Shown here: positions 1 to 9,242 of the stretch, piece by piece
Numbering within the stretch: the first letter of the stretch is position 1
Layout of the letters: each line of letters opens with the position of its first letter
From: an uncultured Pseudomonadota bacterium
GTDB lineage: Bacteria; Pseudomonadota; Alphaproteobacteria; Rs-D84
NCBI GenBank assembly: GCA_902787305.1
Contig: CADAFS010000003.1
Coordinates: 7,119 to 71,118 of the forward strand
Length of the DNA stretch: 64,000 nucleotides
Direction: 5' to 3'
Translations under genes and position numbers: made by a program
The notes under the pieces: model-generated
Told to the model about the DNA's origin: nothing
The model's database searches: none
Seen by the model: the letters and a program-made list of their open reading frames with translations, nothing else

Positions 1-915
1 CAAGATATGCGGGAAATGATTTTGGCCGAAGACGAAGATGGTCGCCGTGCGGCATTGGCAAAACTGTTGCCGTATCAAAAGGCAGACTTTATCGAATTGT
101 TCAAGATTATGGACGGCCTGCCTGTCACTATCCGACTGATTGACCCGCCATTACATGAATTCTTGCCACATACCGATGCGGATATTGCGGAACTTGCCGC
201 GCACATTGGTAAACCGGTGGAATTCGTAAAGGGGCGTGCGGACGCGTTGCATGAACAAAACCCAATGCTTGGGCATCGTGGGTGCCGCCTTGCGATTACA
301 TATCCGGAGATTTGCGAAATGCAAACACGCGCGATATTGTCGGCGGCATTGGAATGCAAACGCGCGGGCGTTTCGGTGCATCCAGAAATCGAAGTGCCAC
401 TCGTGGGTTCGAAAAAAGAAGTTGATATCGTTAAATCTGTAATTGATGCAACGGCAAAATCGCTGTTTGCGGAAACGGGCGAAAGTGTCGAATACACGGT
501 TGGTTCAATGATTGAATTGCCGCGCGCGGCGGTTTTGGCGAACGAAATCGCGGAAAGTTGCGAATTCTTTGAATTTGGCACAAACGATTTGACGCAAACG
601 ACACTTGGGATGTCGCGTGACGACACGGGCAAGATTTTGGATGAATACCGTGCGCGCGGAATCTATGTAGCCGACCCATTTGCATCGGTTGACCAATTGG
701 GTGTTGGGCTTTTAATAAAGGATGCGGTGCAAAAGGCACGCGCGACCAAGGGTGACAAAATCCACCTTGGCGTGTGCGGCGAACACGGTGGTGACCCGGA
801 ATCGATTGAATTCTTCCACAAATGCGGATTCAATTCTGTTTCGTGCAGCCCGTTCCGTGTGCCAATTGCACGCTTAGCCGCGGCCCAGGCGGCGGTTAAA
901 TTCCCACGGAAATAA
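1..915 (+). CDS. ppdK: Pyruvate,phosphate dikinase, C-terminal part (5' end outside window)
   Basis: Frame open from base 1. LIDPPLHEFLPH, GHRGCRL and CGEHGGDPESIEF motifs of the PEP-utilising TIM-barrel domain of PPDK. Confidence 0.9.
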   Translation, partial: QDMREMILAEDEDGRRAALAKLLPYQKADFIELFKIMDGLPVTIRLIDPPLHEFLPHTDADIAELAAHIGKPVEFVKGRADALHEQNPMLGHRGCRLAITYPEICEMQTRAILSAALECKRAGVSVHPEIEVPLVGSKKEVDIVKSVIDATAKSLFAETGESVEYTVGSMIELPRAAVLANEIAESCEFFEFGTNDLTQTTLGMSRDDTGKILDEYRARGIYVADPFASVDQLGVGLLIKDAVQKARATKGDKIHLGVCGEHGGDPESIEFFHKCGFNSVSCSPFRVPIARLAAAQAAVKFPRK

Positions 916-922
916 TACAAAA

Positions 923-949
923 GTGTTAGTGTAAGTGGTTAGTGTAAGT
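923..949 (+). repeat. GTWAGT hexa/heptamer array
   Basis: GTGTTAGTGTAAGTGGTTAGTGTAAGT. Stop codons at 927, 932, 940 and 945 cover all three frames. Confidence 0.8.
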
Positions 950-976
950 AAACCCGCCCCAAAAGGGGCGGGTTTT
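950..976. terminator. Bidirectional intrinsic terminator between ppdK and the 854-aa gene
   Basis: AAACCCGCCCC-AAAA-GGGGCGGGTTTT. Confidence 0.85.
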
Positions 977-1013
977 ATCTAAATACCCCGGGGCTTGTCC
1001 TTGGGGTGTTTTA

Positions 1014-3578
1014 TTATCTTTCTGCTTGTGTACAAGACACTGAACTACCAACTGCAATACATTTATTACAGACCCTATTATAAACATATCCAGAGTCACA
1101 TACACAGCTTTTTCCGTCTGATGTGACATTTCCCGACCCGTGTTCCGACGGGCATTGTTGGCAATCGTATGGACGGTTTTCTGTGGTTGGAACGTAACCT
1201 GTATTACATTGACAATGACCATCTAAAATGTTGCCACTTAAATCTGATTTTTCTGTTGAGTTTGTTGGGCATATTTTACAACTTGTCCAACTCTGTGCCC
1301 AGAAAGTATTACCGTTGCACTTACAATGGCCGTAAAATTCGGGATTTGCCGAAGTATCCTCTGATGCACCTTCGGGACATGCCTGTTGTGTGCATGTACC
1401 ATTGGACGAATACAATCCACCATCCGGGCATACCGGCAAACAGGCACCATTAAACACAGTATAATCACTTTGGCACTGACACATCTTGTTAACCCAACCA
1501 TGCACTTTATTGTTTGGAGAAATTGCGTGTGTGCCACGGACATACGTTGAATTATCCGGACAGAGTAACGATTGATAGAATATCTCTGAAATGTTTTCTA
1601 TGCACGTGTTATCGTTGGGACAACCGGAACTGGTGCTGTCCGCCGAAAACACCGCGTATCCACATGTAAGGGCGACATTACGGCATGCGCCGCGCATAAT
1701 GTTATATACACTGGATGCCGCCGCCGTCGCCGACCAAGAATTTATCTGTGAAACCTGGTTATTATAACATGTCGCAATATCGTTTAGGCATGTTGACGCA
1801 TAATCCGCCACAATTTGATGCTGGGCGGCACTTATATTCACCATCGCACGTTGGACATAGTTCACAACAATATCGTTATATGATTTATATGCGCCACGGT
1901 CATCATATGTATATGCGCGACATTTATCCAAAACCGGTCGGCAAAGCCCCTCGGCGGTCGCGTCCGCCCTTGTTCCGATTTTGCTTAGCAGGTATTTTAT
2001 CACGCAACGCCCGTCATTTGCGTTATTTCCCGAACAGGTTGGGTCATCCAACGATGTCATACTGTTTGCCTGTTGCAATTTTGTGCTGTTGATTTCGGCA
2101 TTGCTGTAATTTGCCATAAATTTTTGGATATTGTTTATATTTTGCCCCAAAACAACATTGCCATTTTCATCGATATACTTCTTGGTCGGGTCGATACATT
2201 TGAAATAGTTATCGCCACACACCATATCGTCCTTCATGCAATTTTCAAGTGCGCCAATACAACCAATCGCGTCATAGGTATTTTGATTTTGCAACACCGC
2301 AAGTCGCGCCTTTTGCAGCATACGCGTTGCACTGCGCACATTGGACACCAATGTTTCGTTCATCTTGGTTAAACCTTGTTCGTACGCGATGCAATCTTTA
2401 TCAATTGCCAAATCATAGTTGCCGGTAATTTGGTCACCTGTTGCGCCAACATCGCGACATTGTTTTATCACGGTTTCACAGCGACGTTTTGCGGCCTTGT
2501 ACAATTCGCCCCCGCGCAGGTTTGAAAAACCATTATTTGCCCCAGACAGGAAATCCAAACTAAACATATCAGACAAATCTTCGGATGAAAAATCTAAATC
2601 TATGTCAAGCAATCCATATGAATCAACCGCATACGACGAAGAACTTGTTGTTTTTGGGTCTTTTATCATTTGTTCGATTCTTGACAGCAACATGCGATTT
2701 TCCGTTGTATCGGTGATATCGGTCATGGCCTCTTCGGCCTCGGTTGCGGACATAATCGCGGTAATTTCATCGGCGGAAAGCCCCACATAGCGGATATTTT
2801 GCGCAATTTCGTTTAATTTGGTATTTGCATCTTTGACGGCTTCTTCGACCGCGACATATTTGGCAAGGTTCGCTGAACACGAACACCGCTTTTGATTCGC
2901 ATCAATCACCGCACAGAATTGGTCCATACAATCATTATATTGGTCTTGGCAAGATTTATTCAATGCCGCCTTTTGTTCCAATTGTTCTTTGGCCTGGGCG
3001 ATTGATGCGGGGTCCAGTTTTTCTTCTTTGCGGGTTTGAACTGTCGCGATACGCGGGCTAAGGTTGCCAATTTCCGATGATATATTTGACCCGGTCTGGG
3101 CGCCGGATTCCAATATCGCGCGACCACCAACCTCTGCGGTGGATGGACGCAGTGTAAGTCCCATACGCCGCACCGCCGGATTCGCGTTTATACTTGCGGC
3201 CTCGGTGCGCTGTGACCGACCAACATTGTGGACGGCGGCGTCCAGATTGTTGCGCGCTGAATCTTTATTCGTTTGCGAACGGGTCACGGAAACCACGCGA
3301 CCCGCCGAACGCGTCGTCGTTTGGACTTCGCGTGTTGTATCTGTTGGAATTGTGCGAACGATATTGCGTGTGATTGCACCACGGTCGGGACTTTCATTTG
3401 TTGTCCGCGTTGCAGAAACCGCGCGAACCGGCGCAACCGACCTTTCTTCGGTCGCGGTCGCGTTGTCGCCACCCATTGTCGCATTTGTTCCGGGTATAAT
3501 ACGCGACGGCACCGCCGCCACGCAAACCGTGGTCGGCGCATACAGCGCAATTAAAAATCCAAGTGTAAAAACCCTCAT
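1014..3578 (-). CDS. Secreted cysteine-rich protein (854 aa), function unknown: signal peptide, Arg/Thr/Ser-rich linker, Cys-rich core, C-terminal CxC...CxxC (EGF/furin-like) repeats
   Basis: Long uninterrupted ORF. N-terminal MRVFTLGFLIALYAPTTVCVAA signal-like segment. Paralogous to 16316..18373 (shared CMDxxC...RCxC motif). Confidence 0.75.
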   Translation of the reverse strand: MRVFTLGFLIALYAPTTVCVAAVPSRIIPGTNATMGGDNATATEERSVAPVRAVSATRTTNESPDRGAITRNIVRTIPTDTTREVQTTTRSAGRVVSVTRSQTNKDSARNNLDAAVHNVGRSQRTEAASINANPAVRRMGLTLRPSTAEVGGRAILESGAQTGSNISSEIGNLSPRIATVQTRKEEKLDPASIAQAKEQLEQKAALNKSCQDQYNDCMDQFCAVIDANQKRCSCSANLAKYVAVEEAVKDANTKLNEIAQNIRYVGLSADEITAIMSATEAEEAMTDITDTTENRMLLSRIEQMIKDPKTTSSSSYAVDSYGLLDIDLDFSSEDLSDMFSLDFLSGANNGFSNLRGGELYKAAKRRCETVIKQCRDVGATGDQITGNYDLAIDKDCIAYEQGLTKMNETLVSNVRSATRMLQKARLAVLQNQNTYDAIGCIGALENCMKDDMVCGDNYFKCIDPTKKYIDENGNVVLGQNINNIQKFMANYSNAEINSTKLQQANSMTSLDDPTCSGNNANDGRCVIKYLLSKIGTRADATAEGLCRPVLDKCRAYTYDDRGAYKSYNDIVVNYVQRAMVNISAAQHQIVADYASTCLNDIATCYNNQVSQINSWSATAAASSVYNIMRGACRNVALTCGYAVFSADSTSSGCPNDNTCIENISEIFYQSLLCPDNSTYVRGTHAISPNNKVHGWVNKMCQCQSDYTVFNGACLPVCPDGGLYSSNGTCTQQACPEGASEDTSANPEFYGHCKCNGNTFWAQSWTSCKICPTNSTEKSDLSGNILDGHCQCNTGYVPTTENRPYDCQQCPSEHGSGNVTSDGKSCVCDSGYVYNRVCNKCIAVGSSVSCTQAER

Positions 3579-3589
3579 ACTTACCTGTA

Positions 3590-3598
3590 ATTATATCA
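3590..3598 (-). promoter_or_regulatory. Extended -10 (TGATATAAT) upstream of the 854-aa Cys-rich gene
   Basis: Complement reads AAATTTATGATATAAT. No good -35. Very short leader if the ATG at 3578 is used. Confidence 0.4.
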
Positions 3599-3626
3599 TA
3601 AATTTATGGTGGAAAAAAGATAAAAA

Positions 3627-3657
3627 GTGGGGGTGGTGGTTGATGTAAGTGGGTAGT
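3627..3657 (+). repeat. Degenerate GTWAGT array
   Basis: GTGGGGGTGGTGGTTGATGTAAGTGGGTAGT. Confidence 0.5.
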
Positions 3658-3698
3658 ATATTCTGAAATGAATTTGTAATTGTAAAATTGTTCCAAAT

Positions 3699-3717
3699 AC
3701 CACTAACCACTTACACT
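3699..3717 (-). repeat. GTWAGT array (complement orientation) overlapping the murG stop
   Basis: ACCACTAACCACTTACACT on the + strand. Confidence 0.65.
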
Positions 3718-4762
3718 ATTTACAAACCGTATCTGCAATCATTTCAACGGCGGTGTTTTTCACCAATGATTTCTTTGCCATTTTTTCAAGGCGTGCTTCG
3801 TTTTCAAACAATTCGGACAATGTCGCCGACAACCATTTTTCGGTAAATTTCTTTTGTTCTATGGCAAAACCGCCACCCAATTTTTCATAGTTTGCCGCGT
3901 TTGCCGCCTGGTCTGGATTGATGGCCAATGGCACCAATATCGCCGGCCGACCAATGGTCATAAGTTCGACGACGGTGCTAGCCCCGCTGCGCCCGATGAC
4001 AAGATCCGAATCCGCAATCGCGCCCGCCATATCACGGATAAACGACAACACATTTGCGTGAATTTTGTTGTCGGCATAGAATTTTTGCAAACGCGCAACA
4101 TTTTCCGGTCGCGTTTGATGCGTGACGAAAATCTTTTTGTTGCCCATCGCCGCAACCGCACGCGGCACAACATCGTCCAAGATTTGCGCGCCCAATGACC
4201 CGCCCGTTACCAACAGGTGTGATTTCTTTGGCAACGGTGCACCCGCGCGTTCGATAAAATCACGCCGCACCGGCAGTCCCGTATAAACCACGCGCACATT
4301 TTTATTCTTTGGAATTCCGGAAACATCATGGAAACTGGTCATCAATGTTTTAACCCAACGCATGGTAAAACGATTTGCGCGCCCGATTGCGCCGTTCTGT
4401 TCGTGCAGGTATGTTGGAATTTTCCACACATGCGCCGCGAAAACCGCCGGCACAGATGCATAGCCGCCAAACGCAACAACCCGCGCGGGCCGCGTAAATG
4501 CGAATCGCAAAACCAATGCGATGGCCGAAACGCCAATTTTAAACAACGCCCACATTTGATGTATGCGACTTTTTGCGCCAACGCCCGCCGCCCAAATGTG
4601 AACGCGTTTTGCACCGCGCGGTGCGCCGTCCGCAACCATTTTACGAACGCGCCCATCACAGGAAATAATTATTTTATGTCCGCGTGCGGCAATTTCGTCC
4701 GCCACCGCAAGTGCCGGAAAAACATGTCCGCCCGTGCCGCCCGTTGCAATCCAGATTTTCAT
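3716..4762 (-). CDS. murG: UDP-GlcNAc:lipid I N-acetylglucosaminyltransferase MurG
   Basis: N-terminal ATGGTGGHVFPALAV motif, 348 aa, directly downstream of ftsW. Confidence 0.93.
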   Translation of the reverse strand: MKIWIATGGTGGHVFPALAVADEIAARGHKIIISCDGRVRKMVADGAPRGAKRVHIWAAGVGAKSRIHQMWALFKIGVSAIALVLRFAFTRPARVVAFGGYASVPAVFAAHVWKIPTYLHEQNGAIGRANRFTMRWVKTLMTSFHDVSGIPKNKNVRVVYTGLPVRRDFIERAGAPLPKKSHLLVTGGSLGAQILDDVVPRAVAAMGNKKIFVTHQTRPENVARLQKFYADNKIHANVLSFIRDMAGAIADSDLVIGRSGASTVVELMTIGRPAILVPLAINPDQAANAANYEKLGGGFAIEQKKFTEKWLSATLSELFENEARLEKMAKKSLVKNTAVEMIADTVCK

Positions 4763-4786
4763 TTTGACCCCCTTTTTGGTAAAAAA

Positions 4787-5950
4787 TTATCCGCGCCATT
4801 TATCTTCGCGCACAATGGCAAGTACCATTCCAAACAGCAGGCAAAATCCGACCAACGAACTGCCCCCGTACGATATAAATGGCAAAGTCATACCCTTTGG
4901 CGCAAACAGTCCCAATGTCGATACCAAATTTATACAACACTGAATCCCAAACAGCGCCGCCGTGCCACCAACCGCATAGAACACGAACCTATCGCGCGCG
5001 TTCATTGCATCCGTCACCAACAATTTCAATACATATATCAAAAGGCATAACATAATAACCGCCAATATCGCGCCCAAATCTTCGACAATCGCGGCATAGA
5101 TAAAATCAGTATGCGCATCGGGCAGGCCTTCTTTGACGAACGCGTTGTCGCCACTGCCAAAAAAACCACCGTGACGAATTGATTGAACAGACCGACTAAC
5201 CTGATAATTATTGCCGCTTCCGGTAAGCAAAGTGTTTATACGATCACGCACATGGGTCATCGTGTAATATGCTATTGTTAAAACTCCACCGCCCGCGGCA
5301 ACCATCCCACCAAACGCCACCCATGGCAAACCCGCAATCAAAAGCATACATATCAACACCCCAAGATAAAGCATTGTGCTACCGACATCGGGGTGTCGAA
5401 AAATAACAACCAATGCCGGAATAAAAAGTGCGATATATACCCACCAATTTGGCATCTGCCATTTCCATGCATCGCGTGCAACAAAAAGTTTTTCGCCAAA
5501 TCGCCGATGCATTTCCGCCAAGAACCAAGCAGTCAACATAATAAATCCGGGTTTCATAATATCTGCGGGCAAAACATTAAACGGGCCAATTGCAACAAAT
5601 CTTGCTGACCCATTGATTTCTTGGGGTGCAACAATTGTTATGGCAAGTAAAATAAAACCAATGACGACATCAAAAATTGATAGCTTTAATATATTTTTTT
5701 TGCTTAACAAACTTGCACCGAACAAAGCGACCAACCCCATTCCATAAAACGGCAATCCCTTTACCAGAAACTTATACCACGGCCATCCTTTTTGATACGC
5801 AACAACACTGCCGGCGGAAACGGAAAAGAACATTCCAATCAGCATCAACAGCAAAACCATATACAGCAATCGTCTGTCGATTTCGAAAAACCAACTGGTA
5901 AGTTTGCTTTCTTCCGTCCGTTTAAACATACGCAATTTTCCTTTATGCAA
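4787..5950 (-). CDS. ftsW: SEDS-family peptidoglycan polymerase FtsW
   Basis: Polytopic membrane ORF with FtsW/RodA-type C-terminal motifs (GMTLPFISYGGSS), located between mraY and murG. Start could be the internal Met at 5929. Confidence 0.88.
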   Translation of the reverse strand: MHKGKLRMFKRTEESKLTSWFFEIDRRLLYMVLLLMLIGMFFSVSAGSVVAYQKGWPWYKFLVKGLPFYGMGLVALFGASLLSKKNILKLSIFDVVIGFILLAITIVAPQEINGSARFVAIGPFNVLPADIMKPGFIMLTAWFLAEMHRRFGEKLFVARDAWKWQMPNWWVYIALFIPALVVIFRHPDVGSTMLYLGVLICMLLIAGLPWVAFGGMVAAGGGVLTIAYYTMTHVRDRINTLLTGSGNNYQVSRSVQSIRHGGFFGSGDNAFVKEGLPDAHTDFIYAAIVEDLGAILAVIMLCLLIYVLKLLVTDAMNARDRFVFYAVGGTAALFGIQCCINLVSTLGLFAPKGMTLPFISYGGSSLVGFCLLFGMVLAIVREDKWRG

Positions 5951-7031
5951 ATTTCAACAACATCAACGCAAGTCCCGAAAACAAAATCGACAATACAAAA
6001 AACCTATCCACGATTTTCGTTTCTGGCCACCCCAATTCTTCAAAATGATGGTGCAACGGCGCGCGCAGGAAAATCCGCCGCCCTGTGCCGGTTGCATGTC
6101 TTGTGATTTTGAAAAACATCGTTTGCAAAAATGACGACAATAAAATCAACACCATCATCGCCGCCGCAATACCCATGATGACTTCGGATTTTAACAACAT
6201 CGCGACCGTTCCCATAAAACCGCCAAGTGCAAGTGACCCAACATCACCCATAAATATCGCCGCCGGCCGCGCATTAAACCACAAAAACCCAAGGACCGCG
6301 CCGAACACCGCCCCAAGGACCGGGTACAGACCACTGGTCGCCGGCATAAACAAAACCGTGTCCATAAACCCGATACGCGTTGCACCATAAAGTGCAACAA
6401 CCAACACAATCAACACCGGAATATAAAGTTTAACCAACATTCCATCCAACCCGTCCGTGATATTTGTCGCATTCGCACCACCGCATATAACAAAATACGC
6501 AAACACATAGTAAAATATCCCAAGTGGAAAGATTATCCCAAACGGCAATGCCAACGAATTATCCGGAATATACGACGGCATAGTCAGGTTGATAAGATAC
6601 GCAAGCACCACAACGCAAACGCCTTCGACAATCAGCCGCAGCGCGGGCGAAAGCCCATTTGATGCCTTTTTTGATTGGCTTGTCACCTTTTTATAGTCAT
6701 CGATAAACCCGATAATTGAAAACATAACAAGCGACAGCAACGCAATCCATCCCGTCATACTATCGACGGGCATAAACAGAATTGCACCAACCAATGTCGC
6801 AATCACAACCAGCATTCCGCCCATCGTCGGCGTTCCCGCCTTTTGCCGATGCGATTCTGGGACATTCTCACTAATCGGTTGACCTTTTTTCTGCCACGCG
6901 TGCATTGCGCGAATAAACGGCCGTCCAAACAGCATCATAATAATAAACGCCGTGCCAAACGCCGCGCCAAACTGCGTCCAGCCGCCAAAGAACAATCCAA
7001 ACCCGTGTGATAACAAATAATCCGTAAGCAT
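5943..7031 (-). CDS. mraY: Phospho-N-acetylmuramoyl-pentapeptide transferase MraY
   Basis: MraY motifs (NATNITDGLDG, MGDVGSLALGG, HHHFE). Start chosen at MLTDY because AAGGAG lies 5 nt upstream; the ORF track extends to 7064. Confidence 0.92.
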   Translation of the reverse strand: MLTDYLLSHGFGLFFGGWTQFGAAFGTAFIIMMLFGRPFIRAMHAWQKKGQPISENVPESHRQKAGTPTMGGMLVVIATLVGAILFMPVDSMTGWIALLSLVMFSIIGFIDDYKKVTSQSKKASNGLSPALRLIVEGVCVVVLAYLINLTMPSYIPDNSLALPFGIIFPLGIFYYVFAYFVICGGANATNITDGLDGMLVKLYIPVLIVLVVALYGATRIGFMDTVLFMPATSGLYPVLGAVFGAVLGFLWFNARPAAIFMGDVGSLALGGFMGTVAMLLKSEVIMGIAAAMMVLILLSSFLQTMFFKITRHATGTGRRIFLRAPLHHHFEELGWPETKIVDRFFVLSILFSGLALMLLKFA

Positions 7032-7108
7032 AATTTCTCCTTTTTTATGCCTATATTTTATCACAATAGTTTGAATAGTGAAATGTTATTTAGAAATTTT
7101 TTTTGGCT

Positions 7109-9184
7109 TTAGAAAATTCCACCGACAACCGCATCCGTTTGTTCGGCGGTTTTTGCCTTTGCGGGGTTTGGATATTGTCCGGGCTTAAACGCTTCGGTAA
7201 TAATGGTTCCCGACGGGTCTTCGGCGGCAGAAACACCGGTCGCACGATTTACCCGCACAAAGTTTAATCCATCCGGCACGGCAAACGGCTGATTCTTTTC
7301 ATTTGCAAGTGCCACGGTCATAAAGTCCGCAAATGCACGCGCGGCCATATGACTGCCCGCGCCTTTGCCAAGCGGTTTCGGATTGTCATACCCCAAATAT
7401 ACACCCGCAATAAGGTTTTTTGTGAATCCGACAAACCAAACATCTTTGACATCGTTGGTCGTTCCAGTTTTTCCGGCAATTGTATGCCCGGCAACGGCGG
7501 CCTGGCGTCCCGTTCCGCGTTCAACCGCACCTTGCAAAATCGACACCAATTGATATAAACTTTGCGGGTCTGACAAAGGTTCGGAATCCGCCACTTCGGG
7601 TTCGGGTTCCATACCATCAACCCATTCGATAATTTCGGTTTTGTTGCCGCCGATAACATTGCCATACCGGTCTTCGATATAGTCCACCATTTTCGGCTGA
7701 ATCCTGTGGCCACCGTTCACAAACGCGGAATACCCCAACACTAAATTTTCAAGTGTCGTTTCGCCCGACCCCAGTGCCATCGACAGGTTCAAATTATTCA
7801 TATCTTCGGGATATACACCGAATCGTTTTGCAACCTCTACGGCATTTTCAACACCAATCTTATCAACCATGCGAACACTTGGGACATTACGCGAAGTTTC
7901 CAATGCCAAACGCAACGGCACATCGCCCAGGAATTTTTTGTCGTAATTTTCCGGCTTCCATTGCATATTGTTTTCGCGCCATCCAACAATCGGTGTATCA
8001 GAAATCAAACCTTCGGGCGAAAAGTCGCGTTCCAATGCCGCCAAATATACGAACGGCTTTATCGTACTGCCAATCTGGCGCATCGCCTGGGTCGCACGAT
8101 TAAACGAACTCTGCGCAAACGAACGTCCGCCCGCCATGGCAAGGATTCGCCCAGTATGCGGATTCATCACGATAATCGCGCCCTGTAATTTTTCGGTACG
8201 TCCTTCGTTATACGCGTCCAACGCCTTGTTCAGCGCGGCGGACGCGGCGCGTTGATATTCCGGAATAATTGTTGTTTTTATATATAACCCTTGATTATAA
8301 AGTGTTTCGCGACCAAGTTGATTCAGCAATTGCCGGCGCACATCTTCGGCAAAGTATTGAAATTCGTCTTCCATTTGTGCGGTAAAACCACTGTTGATGT
8401 TCAACGGTTCCGCGGCGGCGGCATCGGCCTGTTCGCGTGTGATATATTTTTCCGCGGCCATGCGGCGCAACACATAGTTCCGGCGTTCTTCGGCGCGCGC
8501 GCGGTCATTCGGGGCCTTTGGCAATGACGCAAGGAAAGCGCACTCTGACAAAGTTAAATCTTTTACGGGTTTGTTAAAATACATCAGCGCGGCCGACCCA
8601 ACACCATACGCGCGCGCACCCAAAAATATCTGATTCAGGTAAAGCGTCATAATATGCTTTTTCGAAAACGCGCGTTCAAGACGCAACGCCAAAATCGCCT
8701 CTTTAATCTTGCGCGAAATCGTGCGGTCGGACGACAGAAAGAAATTCTTTGCAACCTGTTGCGTGATGGTTGACGCGCCGGTAAAAGTTGTATTAAACCC
8801 AAGCGTGCGCATAAAATTATTTATCGATGCGCGCAAAATTCCCTGAACATCAATGCCCGGATGTGTCCAGAAATTTTGATCTTCGGCCGCGACAAACGCG
8901 TTCACCAATTGCGGCGGCATATCTTCAAAGTCAATGAATACGCGGCGTTCTTCGGCATATTCAATCAGCAACGAACCGTCCGCGGCATAAAGTCGTGTCG
9001 CAACCGGCGGCGCGTATGTGGCCAATTTTCGATAGTCCGGCAAATTCCCACCATATATCAAAAACAGCGTGGCCACCGCGGCAATTCCCGCGACCACGCA
9101 CCAAAAAATCACATGCAGAAAGAAACGAAAAACTTTTTTTAATTTCATGAGTTTAATTGTAAAATAAAAAAAATTCATTTGCAA
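7109..9184 (-). CDS. mrcA: Class A penicillin-binding protein (PBP1A-type transglycosylase/transpeptidase)
   Basis: Glycosyltransferase-51 motifs (AAEDQNFWTHPGID, ASTITQQ), transpeptidase STIKP and KTGTT motifs. Start may be the Met at 9148. Confidence 0.88.
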   Translation of the reverse strand: MQMNFFYFTIKLMKLKKVFRFFLHVIFWCVVAGIAAVATLFLIYGGNLPDYRKLATYAPPVATRLYAADGSLLIEYAEERRVFIDFEDMPPQLVNAFVAAEDQNFWTHPGIDVQGILRASINNFMRTLGFNTTFTGASTITQQVAKNFFLSSDRTISRKIKEAILALRLERAFSKKHIMTLYLNQIFLGARAYGVGSAALMYFNKPVKDLTLSECAFLASLPKAPNDRARAEERRNYVLRRMAAEKYITREQADAAAAEPLNINSGFTAQMEDEFQYFAEDVRRQLLNQLGRETLYNQGLYIKTTIIPEYQRAASAALNKALDAYNEGRTEKLQGAIIVMNPHTGRILAMAGGRSFAQSSFNRATQAMRQIGSTIKPFVYLAALERDFSPEGLISDTPIVGWRENNMQWKPENYDKKFLGDVPLRLALETSRNVPSVRMVDKIGVENAVEVAKRFGVYPEDMNNLNLSMALGSGETTLENLVLGYSAFVNGGHRIQPKMVDYIEDRYGNVIGGNKTEIIEWVDGMEPEPEVADSEPLSDPQSLYQLVSILQGAVERGTGRQAAVAGHTIAGKTGTTNDVKDVWFVGFTKNLIAGVYLGYDNPKPLGKGAGSHMAARAFADFMTVALANEKNQPFAVPDGLNFVRVNRATGVSAAEDPSGTIITEAFKPGQYPNPAKAKTAEQTDAVVGGIF

Positions 9185-9242
9185 GTGCGATATGAAATTG
9201 CTACGCTAAATCCGAAAGGATTTTTAATCAGGGAGAATTCCA

